NCBI RefSeq assembly: GCF_965208355.1
Contig: NZ_CBDBOM010000003.1
Location: forward strand, 1,217,394 to 1,281,393
DNA length: 64,000 nucleotides
Source: Candidatus Poriferisocius sp.
Lineage (GTDB): Bacteria; Actinomycetota; Acidimicrobiia; Acidimicrobiales; Bin134
Direction of reading: 5' to 3'
A model generated the notes under the pieces. That model ran no database searches. It was not told where the DNA came from and saw nothing but the letters and a program-made list of their open reading frames with translations. This document shows positions 35,701 through 44,708 of the stretch, piece by piece. The position numbers and the translations under genes are program-made. Within the stretch, counting starts at the first letter, position 1, and every line of letters starts with the position of its first letter.

Positions 35701-35774
35701 GCGCCCACGGCAGGATTCGAACCTGCGACCCCTTGCTCCGGAGGCAAGTGCTCTATCCCCTGAGCTACGTGGGC
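35699..35774 (-). tRNA. tRNA-Arg (anticodon CCG)
   Basis: The reverse complement is GCCCACGTAGCTCAGGGGATAGAGCACTTGCCTCCGGAGCAAGGGGTCGCAGGTTCGAATCCTGCCGTGGGCGCCA. It folds as a standard cloverleaf. The terminal CA of the CCA is contributed by the abutting IS end. Confidence 0.9.
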
Positions 35775-35824
35775 AGTAACTGGGTGAGTATAGCTAGCGG
35801 GTGGCCTCTACCATTGTTGAGTTC

Positions 35825-37447
35825 ATGGCCGACATCCGCACCTCCCTCTCTGATGCGCTACGCGCCGCGCTCGTGGCCACCGGCATCGACCTACCTGGCG
35901 ACTTTCAGGTCGGGTTGGAGCGACCGGCGCGGCGTGAGCACGGCGATTGGTCGTCCAACGCCGCGCTGGCCATCGCCAAGGGCGTCGGGCGCAATCCCCG
36001 GGAGCTGGCGGGGGAGCTAGCCGCTTGGCTGGAGGAGAACCGGCCTGAGCACGTGGCCGAGGTGAGCGTGGCTGGCCCCGGATTCGTCAATTTCAAGCTG
36101 GCGCCGAGTTGGCTGCACAGCGTCGTGCTCGATGCGGTGGCGCTCGGCACCGAGAGCTACGGGCGTAAGAACCTGGGCCAGGGTCGCGCCGTGATCGTGG
36201 AGTTTGTCAGCGCCAACCCCACCGGACCGGTTCACGCCGGCCACGGCCGGGGAGCGGCCTATGGCGACGCGGTGGCCCGGCTGCTGGAGTGGTGCGGTTA
36301 CGCGGTGCAACGGGAGTTCTACATCAACGATCGGGGCACGCAGATGGATCTGTACGGTGCCTCGCTAGCTGCCGTCCGGGCCGACGAACCTGTGCCCGAG
36401 GACGGCTACAACGGCCAGTACATCGCCGAATGGGCTTCGGAGATGCCTGCCGATGCCGATACCCGCCTGTGGGGGAGGGAGCGGGCGCTGGCCGATCAGC
36501 GGGAGGTTTTGGGTGAGATGGCGGTGGCGTTCGACACGTGGTCGAGCGAGCAGGCGCTGGTGGACTCGGGGGTCATCGACACCGCGCTGGCCGCCCTTGA
36601 CGCCGCCGGGGCTTCATACGAGGCCGAGGGGGCTCTGTGGCTGCGCTCCAGCGACCACGGCGACGACAAAGACCGGGTGTTGATCAAGTCCGATGGCGAG
36701 TACACCTATCTGCTGCCCGACATCGCCTATCACCGCGACAAACTTGATCGGGTCGGCTCTGATGGCCTGCTCATCAACGTGTGGGGGGCCGACCACCACG
36801 GGTATGTGGCCCGCATGAAGGCGGCCATGGCCGCGCTGGGCTGCGATCCCGCCAGTTTGGAGGTGGTGGTGACCCAGCTGGTGCGCCTGGAGTGCGACGG
36901 GGAGGAAGTGCGGCTGTCCAAGCGCACCGGCGACATCATCGAGCTGCGCGAGGTGATCGATGAGGTGGGGGCCGACGCCGCCCGGTTCACCTATCTCCTC
37001 CAGTCGATGGACACCGCGCCGACCTTCGATCTGGCCAAGGCGGCCGCCCAGGTGATGGAGAATCCGGTGTTCTACGTGCAGATGGCCCACGCCCGGGTGT
37101 GCTCTATCGCGGCCCGGGCCCAAGCCGACGGGGTGGAGCGGCTGAGCGTCGACCAGGTGGATCTGGGCGTGCTGGTCCACGAACGGGAGCTGGAGATGAT
37201 GCGCCAGCTCTCCACGCTGGGCGAAGTGATCGCCGCCGCGGCCGAAGAGCGGGCCCCGCATCGGGTCACCGCGTGGCTGCGGGACTTCGCCGCTGCGGTT
37301 CACAGCTTCTACCACGACTGCTACGTGGTGGGCACCGGCATCGCCCCCGAGCTGACCCAAGCTCGCCTCGTGCTGATTGACGCCGCCCGGGTGGGACTGG
37401 CCGTCGGCCTCGGCACCCTGGGCGTTAGCGCACCGGAGTCGATGTAG
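35825..37447 (+). CDS. argS: arginine--tRNA ligase
   Basis: From ATG 35825 (MADIRTSLSDALRAAL), with the HIGH-type region SANPTGPVHAGHGRG and a class I DALR anticodon-binding C-terminus. An in-frame GTG at 35801 is an alternative start. Confidence 0.93.
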   Translation: MADIRTSLSDALRAALVATGIDLPGDFQVGLERPARREHGDWSSNAALAIAKGVGRNPRELAGELAAWLEENRPEHVAEVSVAGPGFVNFKLAPSWLHSVVLDAVALGTESYGRKNLGQGRAVIVEFVSANPTGPVHAGHGRGAAYGDAVARLLEWCGYAVQREFYINDRGTQMDLYGASLAAVRADEPVPEDGYNGQYIAEWASEMPADADTRLWGRERALADQREVLGEMAVAFDTWSSEQALVDSGVIDTALAALDAAGASYEAEGALWLRSSDHGDDKDRVLIKSDGEYTYLLPDIAYHRDKLDRVGSDGLLINVWGADHHGYVARMKAAMAALGCDPASLEVVVTQLVRLECDGEEVRLSKRTGDIIELREVIDEVGADAARFTYLLQSMDTAPTFDLAKAAAQVMENPVFYVQMAHARVCSIAARAQADGVERLSVDQVDLGVLVHERELEMMRQLSTLGEVIAAAAEERAPHRVTAWLRDFAAAVHSFYHDCYVVGTGIAPELTQARLVLIDAARVGLAVGLGTLGVSAPESM

Positions 37448-37456
37448 GGAGTAGTT

Positions 37457-38725
37457 GTGTCAGCCTTGCCCCCGTACCTTCTGCCCGACAACGCCTCGGT
37501 GGGCGACGACGGGCGTTTGTCTATCGCCGGGTGCGATGCGCTCGAGTTGGCCGGGGAATTCGGCACGCCGCTGTTCGTCTACGACGAAGACCACATGCGG
37601 GAGCGGTGCCGCCAAGCCCGGGCGGCTTTCGGCGGATCGGTGGCGTATGCCTCCAAGGCGTTCCTGTGCTTGGCCATGGCTCGCCTGGTTCACGAGGAGG
37701 GGCTCGATCTGGACGTGGCCACCGGGGGAGAGCTGCGTGTGGCCCAGGCCGCGGGCTTGCCCGGTGATCGGCTGGTGATGCACGGCAACAACAAGTCGGC
37801 CGCCGAGCTGGCTGCTGCGGTCGAGGCCGGGGTGGGTCGCATTGTGGTGGACTCGTTTGACGAGCTCGACCGGCTCGACGAACTCCATGCCTCCACCGGG
37901 GCCCGCCCCCAGGTGCTGTTGCGGATCACTCCGGGGGTGGAGGCTCACACCCACGAGTACGTGACCACCGGGGTGGACGACACCAAGTTCGGATTCACCG
38001 CGTCCACCGGATTAGCCGACGCCGCCATTCGCCGAGCCCGGGAGGCCGACTCGGTGGAGCTTTTGGGATTGCACGCCCACATTGGCAGCCAGGTTTTCGA
38101 GCTGCGCTCCTTCCAACGGGCGGTGGAAGTGATTGCTGGCTTCGCCCATCCCTACGGGCTGCCGGAGCTGTCGCTGGGCGGCGGTTTGGGCGTGGCCTAC
38201 GTGGAAGGGGAGTCGGCCCCCACCATTGCCGAGTGGGCGGCGGCCATTGGCGAGGCCTGTGCGTCGGCCGGCTTCACGGCTCCAGTGAGCGTGGAGCCGG
38301 GCCGATCCTTGGTGGCCGCGGCGGCAATCACCCTCTATGAGGTGGGAACCATCAAAGAGCTACCCGGCATTCGCACCTACGTTTCGGTTGACGGAGGGAT
38401 GAGCGACAATCCCCGTCCGGTGCTCTACGACAGCGGCTACGAGACGTTTCTTCCCCGGGCCACCGGCCGCGACCGCGACAAGACGGTGCGAGTGGTGGGC
38501 AAGCACTGCGAGTCGGGCGACCTGTTGGTGCGTGACGGCCGAGTGCCCGGTGACATCGCGGTGGGCGACATCCTGGCCACCCCGGTGACCGGTGCCTATG
38601 GCCACTCCATGGGCTCCAACTACAACAAGGTTCTCCGCCCCGCCGTGGTGTTCGCCCGCAACGGCGATGCCCGCCTAGTCGTCCGCCGCGAGACATACGA
38701 AGACCTCCTCCGCAACGACGTCTAG
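37457..38725 (+). CDS. lysA: diaminopimelate decarboxylase
   Basis: 422 aa, GTG start. The PLP-Lys region AYASKAF, HIGSQ and CESGD motifs are present. Confidence 0.93.
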   Translation: MSALPPYLLPDNASVGDDGRLSIAGCDALELAGEFGTPLFVYDEDHMRERCRQARAAFGGSVAYASKAFLCLAMARLVHEEGLDLDVATGGELRVAQAAGLPGDRLVMHGNNKSAAELAAAVEAGVGRIVVDSFDELDRLDELHASTGARPQVLLRITPGVEAHTHEYVTTGVDDTKFGFTASTGLADAAIRRAREADSVELLGLHAHIGSQVFELRSFQRAVEVIAGFAHPYGLPELSLGGGLGVAYVEGESAPTIAEWAAAIGEACASAGFTAPVSVEPGRSLVAAAAITLYEVGTIKELPGIRTYVSVDGGMSDNPRPVLYDSGYETFLPRATGRDRDKTVRVVGKHCESGDLLVRDGRVPGDIAVGDILATPVTGAYGHSMGSNYNKVLRPAVVFARNGDARLVVRRETYEDLLRNDV

Positions 38726-41700
38726 CGCTCTTCTCCGGCGGATACATCGGCGATCTGGATGATGGAGGGTTGGCCGTTTTGGATGAGGTAGCCGCGTCCG
38801 GGGAGTGATGGGAGTGCGGGGCGAGTGGGGAGTTGGATGGTGAACAGGTCGCCGTCAAGAGGAGTGGGTTGGAGGAGGACGCCGGTGCGGGAAAAGCGGA
38901 TCTCGGCTGTCCAGTGGCCGTAGGCGGTGCGGAGGCGGTCGGCTCGGCCGGCGGCCACGATGTGCAGGCCGGGGCCGCTTTCGGTGGCCAGTGCCTTCAA
39001 GTCGCCGTCAGGGTCGTCCACCGTCTCGGCGCCGTCGATCAGCACGAGGGTCGGGGGATCGGCTGTTGCTGCCGCGGAGAGGAGTTCATCGACGTTACTG
39101 GCCGCTACATGGATGTCGGGGCAGTCGGCTAGCGGTGTCCCCGGTTGGGCCAATGCGGCAATCCGCCCTCCCGCGCGGGCTGCGGCTGCGGCCAGCAACA
39201 CCAGTGCCGAAGACCGTCCTGACCGGGGTGGCCCCAGGATGAGAGCGTGCTCGCCGGCGTAGAGGGTGAGGCCGACGGGGGCCAGGGTGTCGTCGCTCAA
39301 CCCCAGGGGCAGATACCAAGGGGAACCGCTCAAGCGGGCCTTGTCCAGCCGGGCGGAGTCGACTGATGCGGGCAAGCTCTCCACCGGCGGTGGGCCACCG
39401 GATTGGGGGCAAGTCGCAGCGATAACGGCAATTGCAGCAACCAGTCCGCCGACGGGAATCGCCACTTGGATCTCAAGGCCCGACGGGACGGCGAACCCCC
39501 GACCCGGAGGCAGGGTGGCCGGGTCGTCCACGGACACACCCCACTGGCGATACAGGGCAGGGTCGCCCAGGCGGAAGACGAAAGTCTGAGGGGTGGCGGC
39601 CTGGATGGCCCGGCTCGCCTTGGACAGTTGGTCGACGGCTGCGGCCAAGAACACTCCGACAGCCGGGCCTTCGGCCCACACCCGCTCCAACGTGGCCAGC
39701 AGGGCGTGGTCGGCCACGGTGTCCAAGCTCTTGGTAAGGCCGCCCCAGTTGTCGATCAAGCCCAGTACCAGCGGGAGCGACGGCTGCTCCCCGCCTGCCT
39801 CCGATCTGCTTCGGCCCAGCCGCCGGTCGAGGTCGTCTTCCAGCCGGCGGATGAGCCGCCGGATGCGGTCGCGTTCGTCGGGGCCCACCACCGCCCCGCA
39901 GTGGGGTAGGGCTTCCAAAGGGGCCAGTTGCCCTGTACCGGAATCTATGGCGTAGAGGTGGCACTCGCTGGGCTGGTAGCGAGTAGCCAGGGAAACGGAC
40001 AGCGATTCCAGCGCGGTGGTGGTGCCGCTGCCGGGATTGCCCGCGAAGAGGACATTGCCCTGGTCAGGATCCCAAGTGGCAGGGTATTGACACTGCCGAT
40101 TGGGGTCGTCGGCCAAGGCGAAAGCCACGCCGGTGCTGACAGCCGGCATGTCCAGTGCCAACTCGTTGAGCGAGACCACCGATGGCAGGGGATCGGGCCA
40201 GGGCCGACGAGGCGGGACGCCTTTCCAGCTTTCCCAGGCCAAGTTCGCTGCTGCGGCCAGCCGGGCCAGATCGCTGGGGGCTTCATCATCAGAGACGGGC
40301 GCGGGCGGGAGCGAGGGAATGCCGTCGGGGGCCGGGATGACCCGTGGGCCCCGCTGGGCGGCGGTGACCCCGGTCACCAGGGCGCATTGGAACTCCACCA
40401 ACTCGCCGGGTCCGAAGCGGGCGAAGGCGCGACCGGGTTGGTGTCGGCCGATGGCGGCGGCTTCGGGGCTGTCGAGCACGTCGACCGAGTCGGCGGCATC
40501 TAGCACTCGAAGGGCGATCCGCAGCGCAGTGTTGGTGCGGATGTTGGCGCTGACCGCCCCGGCGGGGCGCTGGGTGGCCAGCACGAGGTGCATGCCCAGG
40601 CTGCGTCCCCGCTGGGCCACGTTTACCAGCGAGTCCATGAATCCGGGCAGCTCCGCGGCCAGGGCGGCAAACTCGTCGATGATCACCACCAGCCGGGGCA
40701 GTGGCGGCCAGGGCTGACCTGTCTCCGTCTTGGCCCGGGACCGATAGTGGGCCAAGTCGGTGGCTCCCCGATCCCGGAGCACTTGTTCTCGGTGGCGGAG
40801 TTCGGCCTCCAGACACCGCAGAGCCCGCTCGGCCAAGCGGTCGTCAAGATCAGTCACCAGCCCGACTACGTGAGGCAAAGAGGCGCATTGGTCGAAGGCG
40901 CTGCCGCCCTTGTAGTCCACCAGGACGAAGTTCACCTGTTCTGGCGAGTAGGTGGCGGCCAAAGAGGCCACCATCGTTCGCAAGAGCTCGCTTTTGCCCG
41001 ACCCGGTGGTTCCGCCGATAAGGGCGTGGGGCCCGTCGGCGGCCAGGTCGGCCAGCACGGGACCGTGTCCATCGGCGCCGATGGGGGCGGCCAGGCTGTC
41101 GGCGAGGCAATTGGCCTGCCAGCGATCGGCAACCGCCTCAGCCAGGGCTGTCGATGCTGGCTCCTCTTCGCGGCCAACAATTTCGAGCATTTCCAGGAGC
41201 GATGTGTTGTCGGGGATGGCGGAGTCGGCGCCGAACTGCTCGGGATCTTCGAAGCGGGCCAGCTTCTGAGCCGTATCGCGGGCCAGCCTCAAGCTCATTC
41301 CGGAGGCCAGCACCGAGGGGTGAACATGGGCAGCCTGAGTCACATCGACCACACCGGAGGAATCGCGGGCCACGATGACGACCGTGGCAGTAGCGGGGAG
41401 TTGGTCCACGCTGGGAGCCAGAACGATGGCTGAGACCGGCCCGGCGGATTTCTGAAACAGGGGACGCATCGGAGCGCCTCGTCCGGTGGCCAGGTTCTCC
41501 CCGTCAGCGATCACCAGCAGTTGCGGCCAATGGGCGTGGCCTTGATGGTTCCAGGCTTCGGCAAGCTCGGATGCCATCTCTGCGGCGGCCGAGCGGCTGT
41601 TGGCGATCAGCCGGGCGCTGCCGATGGCGGGGTGGGCGGTATGGGGGAGCCAGGCGGTCCAAGACCAAACGGGGAAGGTCACCTCGTCGGCGGCCACTAG

Positions 41701-42912
41701 GACCGCGAGGTCGGCGGGACCATGCCCGGCGGCTGCCTGGAGGAGCAGCCCCCGGGCCATGGCGGTGGTGGCTGACCGAGGTCCCACCAAGCCGAGCAAA
41801 CGGCCGGGTCCCAGGTCCGCGGCGATGGGTACGTCGGGCAGCGGACCGAGCTCATTGAGCGCAGCAGCAGCACCATCGGCGATGTGCGCTCCATCGGCTG
41901 CCAACTCGGGATCGAAAGTCCGGGGACCATGAGCGATAACCAGCGACATGAAGTCTTCGTCGGCCGGCCTGCGCTCCCATAGCCGCACGCTGGGCAGGCA
42001 GACCCTCCTGACCGCTTCGGCGAGATGGGAATGCAACTCGCGAAGACGGGTGATCTCCGCCGAATGAGCCGCTTGGGCCGCAGCTTGGAATTCGACCAAC
42101 GAGGCTTGAGCTCTTCGCTGGGAGCGTCCGTGCTCAGAGCGGTCCCGGCGACGGCCATCAACCCAACTCGCTCCCATCATCACCGGACTGAGCAGGGCGA
42201 ACAGTGCCATATAGGGGCTGTAGAGCGCAGCCATCAGCAAACCGACCAACAGTGGGCTGGCTAGGGCCGCCCAGCCGAACACCGCCCTCCGGGGCGATCT
42301 GGTCGGCTCGCTTGATGGCGTTGCCAGGGGGTCGGGCTGTTGGGGGAGTGGCGTTCGGGGAGGACGGTTGAAGGCAATGCGGCCTGAGGCGGTGCGCCCC
42401 AAGACGACAGCTAGTCGATTCGGCCGATCGTCGGGTGACTCGGACACTTGGACCAGGGCATTGCCCAGCCGGAACGGCTTGGACACCTCTTCTGTTGTCG
42501 GCGGGTCTTCTCCCCGCCGAACAAAAACCTGTTGGTCTTGTCGCTCGACCCGGACATGTTGGGGACGCAGTCCGATACCCGACAGGGTCACGTCGGCTTC
42601 GGGGGACCGCCCAACAGACACGCCCTCCGGGGCCATGGGGAATCTCTCACCCGAGCACAACCCGCCGATAACCTCCAGCGTCCACCCCGGCTGGTCGGGC
42701 TCTCGACCGGGGAGCACTCCCACTCGGGCGCCGTCCACTATCTCTGTTTCGTCAAGGCGGCTGTCGGCGGAAAACCATTGGTCGCCGACCCACAGGCCAG
42801 AACATGGCTCATGCAACCCCAAGGACTCGGCCAATTCACCGACAGTGGCTATCGGCGGACCAGAGACCAATACCTCTTGGTTGCCCTCTGGTCCCTCGAA
42901 GAGCAGGCGCAC
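38722..42912 (-). CDS. EssC/EccC-like type VII secretion FtsK/SpoIIIE ATPase with N-terminal FHA domain
   Basis: 1396 aa. The N-terminal soluble region contains an FHA-like segment (VSVGRSPEADVTLSGIGLRPQHVRVERQ). Two TM segments follow (FGWAALASPLLVGLLMAAL.., LFALLSPVMMGASWV). Three P-loop domains follow (GGTTGSGKSELL, GNPGSGTTTAL, GPPRSGRSSAL). Confidence 0.85.
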   Translation of the reverse strand: MRLLFEGPEGNQEVLVSGPPIATVGELAESLGLHEPCSGLWVGDQWFSADSRLDETEIVDGARVGVLPGREPDQPGWTLEVIGGLCSGERFPMAPEGVSVGRSPEADVTLSGIGLRPQHVRVERQDQQVFVRRGEDPPTTEEVSKPFRLGNALVQVSESPDDRPNRLAVVLGRTASGRIAFNRPPRTPLPQQPDPLATPSSEPTRSPRRAVFGWAALASPLLVGLLMAALYSPYMALFALLSPVMMGASWVDGRRRDRSEHGRSQRRAQASLVEFQAAAQAAHSAEITRLRELHSHLAEAVRRVCLPSVRLWERRPADEDFMSLVIAHGPRTFDPELAADGAHIADGAAAALNELGPLPDVPIAADLGPGRLLGLVGPRSATTAMARGLLLQAAAGHGPADLAVLVAADEVTFPVWSWTAWLPHTAHPAIGSARLIANSRSAAAEMASELAEAWNHQGHAHWPQLLVIADGENLATGRGAPMRPLFQKSAGPVSAIVLAPSVDQLPATATVVIVARDSSGVVDVTQAAHVHPSVLASGMSLRLARDTAQKLARFEDPEQFGADSAIPDNTSLLEMLEIVGREEEPASTALAEAVADRWQANCLADSLAAPIGADGHGPVLADLAADGPHALIGGTTGSGKSELLRTMVASLAATYSPEQVNFVLVDYKGGSAFDQCASLPHVVGLVTDLDDRLAERALRCLEAELRHREQVLRDRGATDLAHYRSRAKTETGQPWPPLPRLVVIIDEFAALAAELPGFMDSLVNVAQRGRSLGMHLVLATQRPAGAVSANIRTNTALRIALRVLDAADSVDVLDSPEAAAIGRHQPGRAFARFGPGELVEFQCALVTGVTAAQRGPRVIPAPDGIPSLPPAPVSDDEAPSDLARLAAAANLAWESWKGVPPRRPWPDPLPSVVSLNELALDMPAVSTGVAFALADDPNRQCQYPATWDPDQGNVLFAGNPGSGTTTALESLSVSLATRYQPSECHLYAIDSGTGQLAPLEALPHCGAVVGPDERDRIRRLIRRLEDDLDRRLGRSRSEAGGEQPSLPLVLGLIDNWGGLTKSLDTVADHALLATLERVWAEGPAVGVFLAAAVDQLSKASRAIQAATPQTFVFRLGDPALYRQWGVSVDDPATLPPGRGFAVPSGLEIQVAIPVGGLVAAIAVIAATCPQSGGPPPVESLPASVDSARLDKARLSGSPWYLPLGLSDDTLAPVGLTLYAGEHALILGPPRSGRSSALVLLAAAAARAGGRIAALAQPGTPLADCPDIHVAASNVDELLSAAATADPPTLVLIDGAETVDDPDGDLKALATESGPGLHIVAAGRADRLRTAYGHWTAEIRFSRTGVLLQPTPLDGDLFTIQLPTRPALPSLPGRGYLIQNGQPSIIQIADVSAGEER

Positions 42913-42969
42913 GGGTGGAGCGATGCGGGGTCAGCCAGGGCAGCCCCGGATTGTCGACGGGCCGGTCCG

Positions 42970-43239
42970 TCAGATCGAGTCGAGGGCCGTGATGGTGTTT
43001 TGGCGTTCGAGGCTCACCGCGGTGGACAGTTCGACGAGCGCCTCCTGCAACTGTCCGAGGGAGGGAGACCACTGCTCATGCCACGCGCCCCGGAACCGCT
43101 CGGAGCGACTACCCGTCCAGGTGGTGCCCTCCAGGGTGGCGGTCAAGCGGGTGCGGAGATCTTCCACTTGGCCGGCGAAAGCGGTGAATTGCTGCTGGAG
43201 GTGGTCCATTTCCTCTGTGTTCATGGTCAAAACAGACAC
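42970..43239 (-). CDS. WXG100-family (ESAT-6-like) protein
   Basis: 89 aa with a predicted helix-turn-helix and a central W-T-G (LEGTTWTGSRSERFRGAWHEQW). This parallels the EsxA-type W-x-G...F....W..W pattern. It lies immediately upstream of the EssC-like gene. Confidence 0.8.
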   Translation of the reverse strand: MSVLTMNTEEMDHLQQQFTAFAGQVEDLRTRLTATLEGTTWTGSRSERFRGAWHEQWSPSLGQLQEALVELSTAVSLERQNTITALDSI

Positions 43240-43332
43240 GCTGGGGCCTTTCTGTCGGCTGATCCCTCGGACGGATCAGTTCCGGGCCCTTGTTAGTCGG
43301 TATTTATTGAAATATCAAGAGATATATGGAGA

Positions 43333-44676
43333 CTACTGAAAGCCACCGTTGGCGGTGTGCTCGTCGAAGGCGGCCTTGACCCAAGAGAGGTCATCTGCGG
43401 CGACCCGCCTGCGGATCAGGTCGGCGTCGATTCCGTAGACCCGGGCGGCATTCAGCCCGAGGATCTTCTCTTTGATGTGGTCGGTGAGTTCCGGATAGCC
43501 GTGACGTTGCCGTAACTCCTCGGGTATCTGAAAGGCCCGGAAGGCGTCGATGAGGGGTTGGGGCGATCCGTACCAAATCGAGTCGCTGCCCCACAGCACA
43601 TTGTCCTCGCCAACCGCGTTGAGCAGTTTGCCGATCACGTGGGCCGCCTCCCGAGGCCGACGCGACAGCACATACCAGGTGCTCCCCAACTCGGCGTAGA
43701 CGTTGGCGCCGGGCCCTATTCCGGCTTCGTGCAGGCTCTTGATCAAGCGGTCGGTGCCGGCGGGTGTCTGCTCGTCGTAGGGGCCTTCTTCAGAGTCTCC
43801 GATCGGTGTCTCATAACCCGAGTGGTAGACGAGGAAATCAATGTCGGGGAAGCTGGCTGCGGCCGGGCCGATGTCGGCCGGCGACCCGGCCCGAGCCAGG
43901 GCGCTCAGCCCCTTGTGGGCACAAACAATGCCCACCCCCAGTTCCCGGCTCCTTTCCAGGAACGGCAGTCCGCACTCTTCGTCGTCGAGGCGCCATCCCG
44001 GCTGATCCCCCCACCCGGCAATGGTGTAGACCTTCCATCCCGCTGGCTTGCTATGCGCCATCAGCGATTCCATCTGATCCAACTCGCCCGGTGCATTGGG
44101 ATGGACGATGGAGTGGTTGATCAGCCGACCGGTGCCCGCCAATCGATCGATCAGCTCGCGGGTGGCGGCGATTTCGGGATTGGTGAGGATGCTGTGGCGG
44201 TCGTCGCCGGGCGTGCAGGTGAGCACCGCGACAGCGGTCTCGCTCTCCAGAAAGACGTGACGCAAGTAGTTGCCCAGATCGAGATGGATGGCCGGATCGA
44301 GCCCTTGCCAGCGATCGGGGACCACGTCGCGAATGAACCCCATGATTCCCTCGACGCCGGGGGCCTCGGCCCGATGGCGGGCGACGTAGTGCGTCTGGAC
44401 ATCGATCACCAGCTCGCTGCCCCCGAACACCGCTTCGGCCGCTTCCGGATCGGTCTCGGCTTGCGGGTCGATCTTGTAGTAGCCCCCGCCCCAGGCCTCG
44501 TCGATGGCCCTCAGCGCCGTGGCCGTGCCCCTTCGGCTGGCTGAGAAGTCGTGCTGCTCCCAGAGTGTGTCTCCAGCAGCCTCGGCCCGCTCCACTGCTC
44601 GTCCCACGGCCCAGAGATCGCGCCTGGACCAAGCCAGGGGCCAGTACTCGTCGTTGCTTCGACGCTGCAAGAGCAC
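43333..44676 (-). CDS. amidohydrolase-2 family (TIM-barrel metal-dependent hydrolase) protein
   Basis: 447 aa, GTG start. The pattern VIDVQTHY...HSIVHPN...VCAHKG...LVYHSGY...WGSDS is consistent with PF04909-type hydrolases. Confidence 0.65.
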   Translation of the reverse strand: MLLQRRSNDEYWPLAWSRRDLWAVGRAVERAEAAGDTLWEQHDFSASRRGTATALRAIDEAWGGGYYKIDPQAETDPEAAEAVFGGSELVIDVQTHYVARHRAEAPGVEGIMGFIRDVVPDRWQGLDPAIHLDLGNYLRHVFLESETAVAVLTCTPGDDRHSILTNPEIAATRELIDRLAGTGRLINHSIVHPNAPGELDQMESLMAHSKPAGWKVYTIAGWGDQPGWRLDDEECGLPFLERSRELGVGIVCAHKGLSALARAGSPADIGPAAASFPDIDFLVYHSGYETPIGDSEEGPYDEQTPAGTDRLIKSLHEAGIGPGANVYAELGSTWYVLSRRPREAAHVIGKLLNAVGEDNVLWGSDSIWYGSPQPLIDAFRAFQIPEELRQRHGYPELTDHIKEKILGLNAARVYGIDADLIRRRVAADDLSWVKAAFDEHTANGGFQ

Positions 44677-44708
44677 CGGGATCGGCAGGAATCGGACAGG
44701 CGGGATAG

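Noticed and set aside
28972-35712. An integrase or excisionase belonging to the tRNA-Arg-bounded segment.
   Set aside because: None of the ORFs shows tyrosine-recombinase (R..HxxR..Y) or serine-recombinase signatures. Only the DDE transposase and the DUF222-HNH protein are mobility-related, so the segment is described as a degenerate island rather than an active integrative element.
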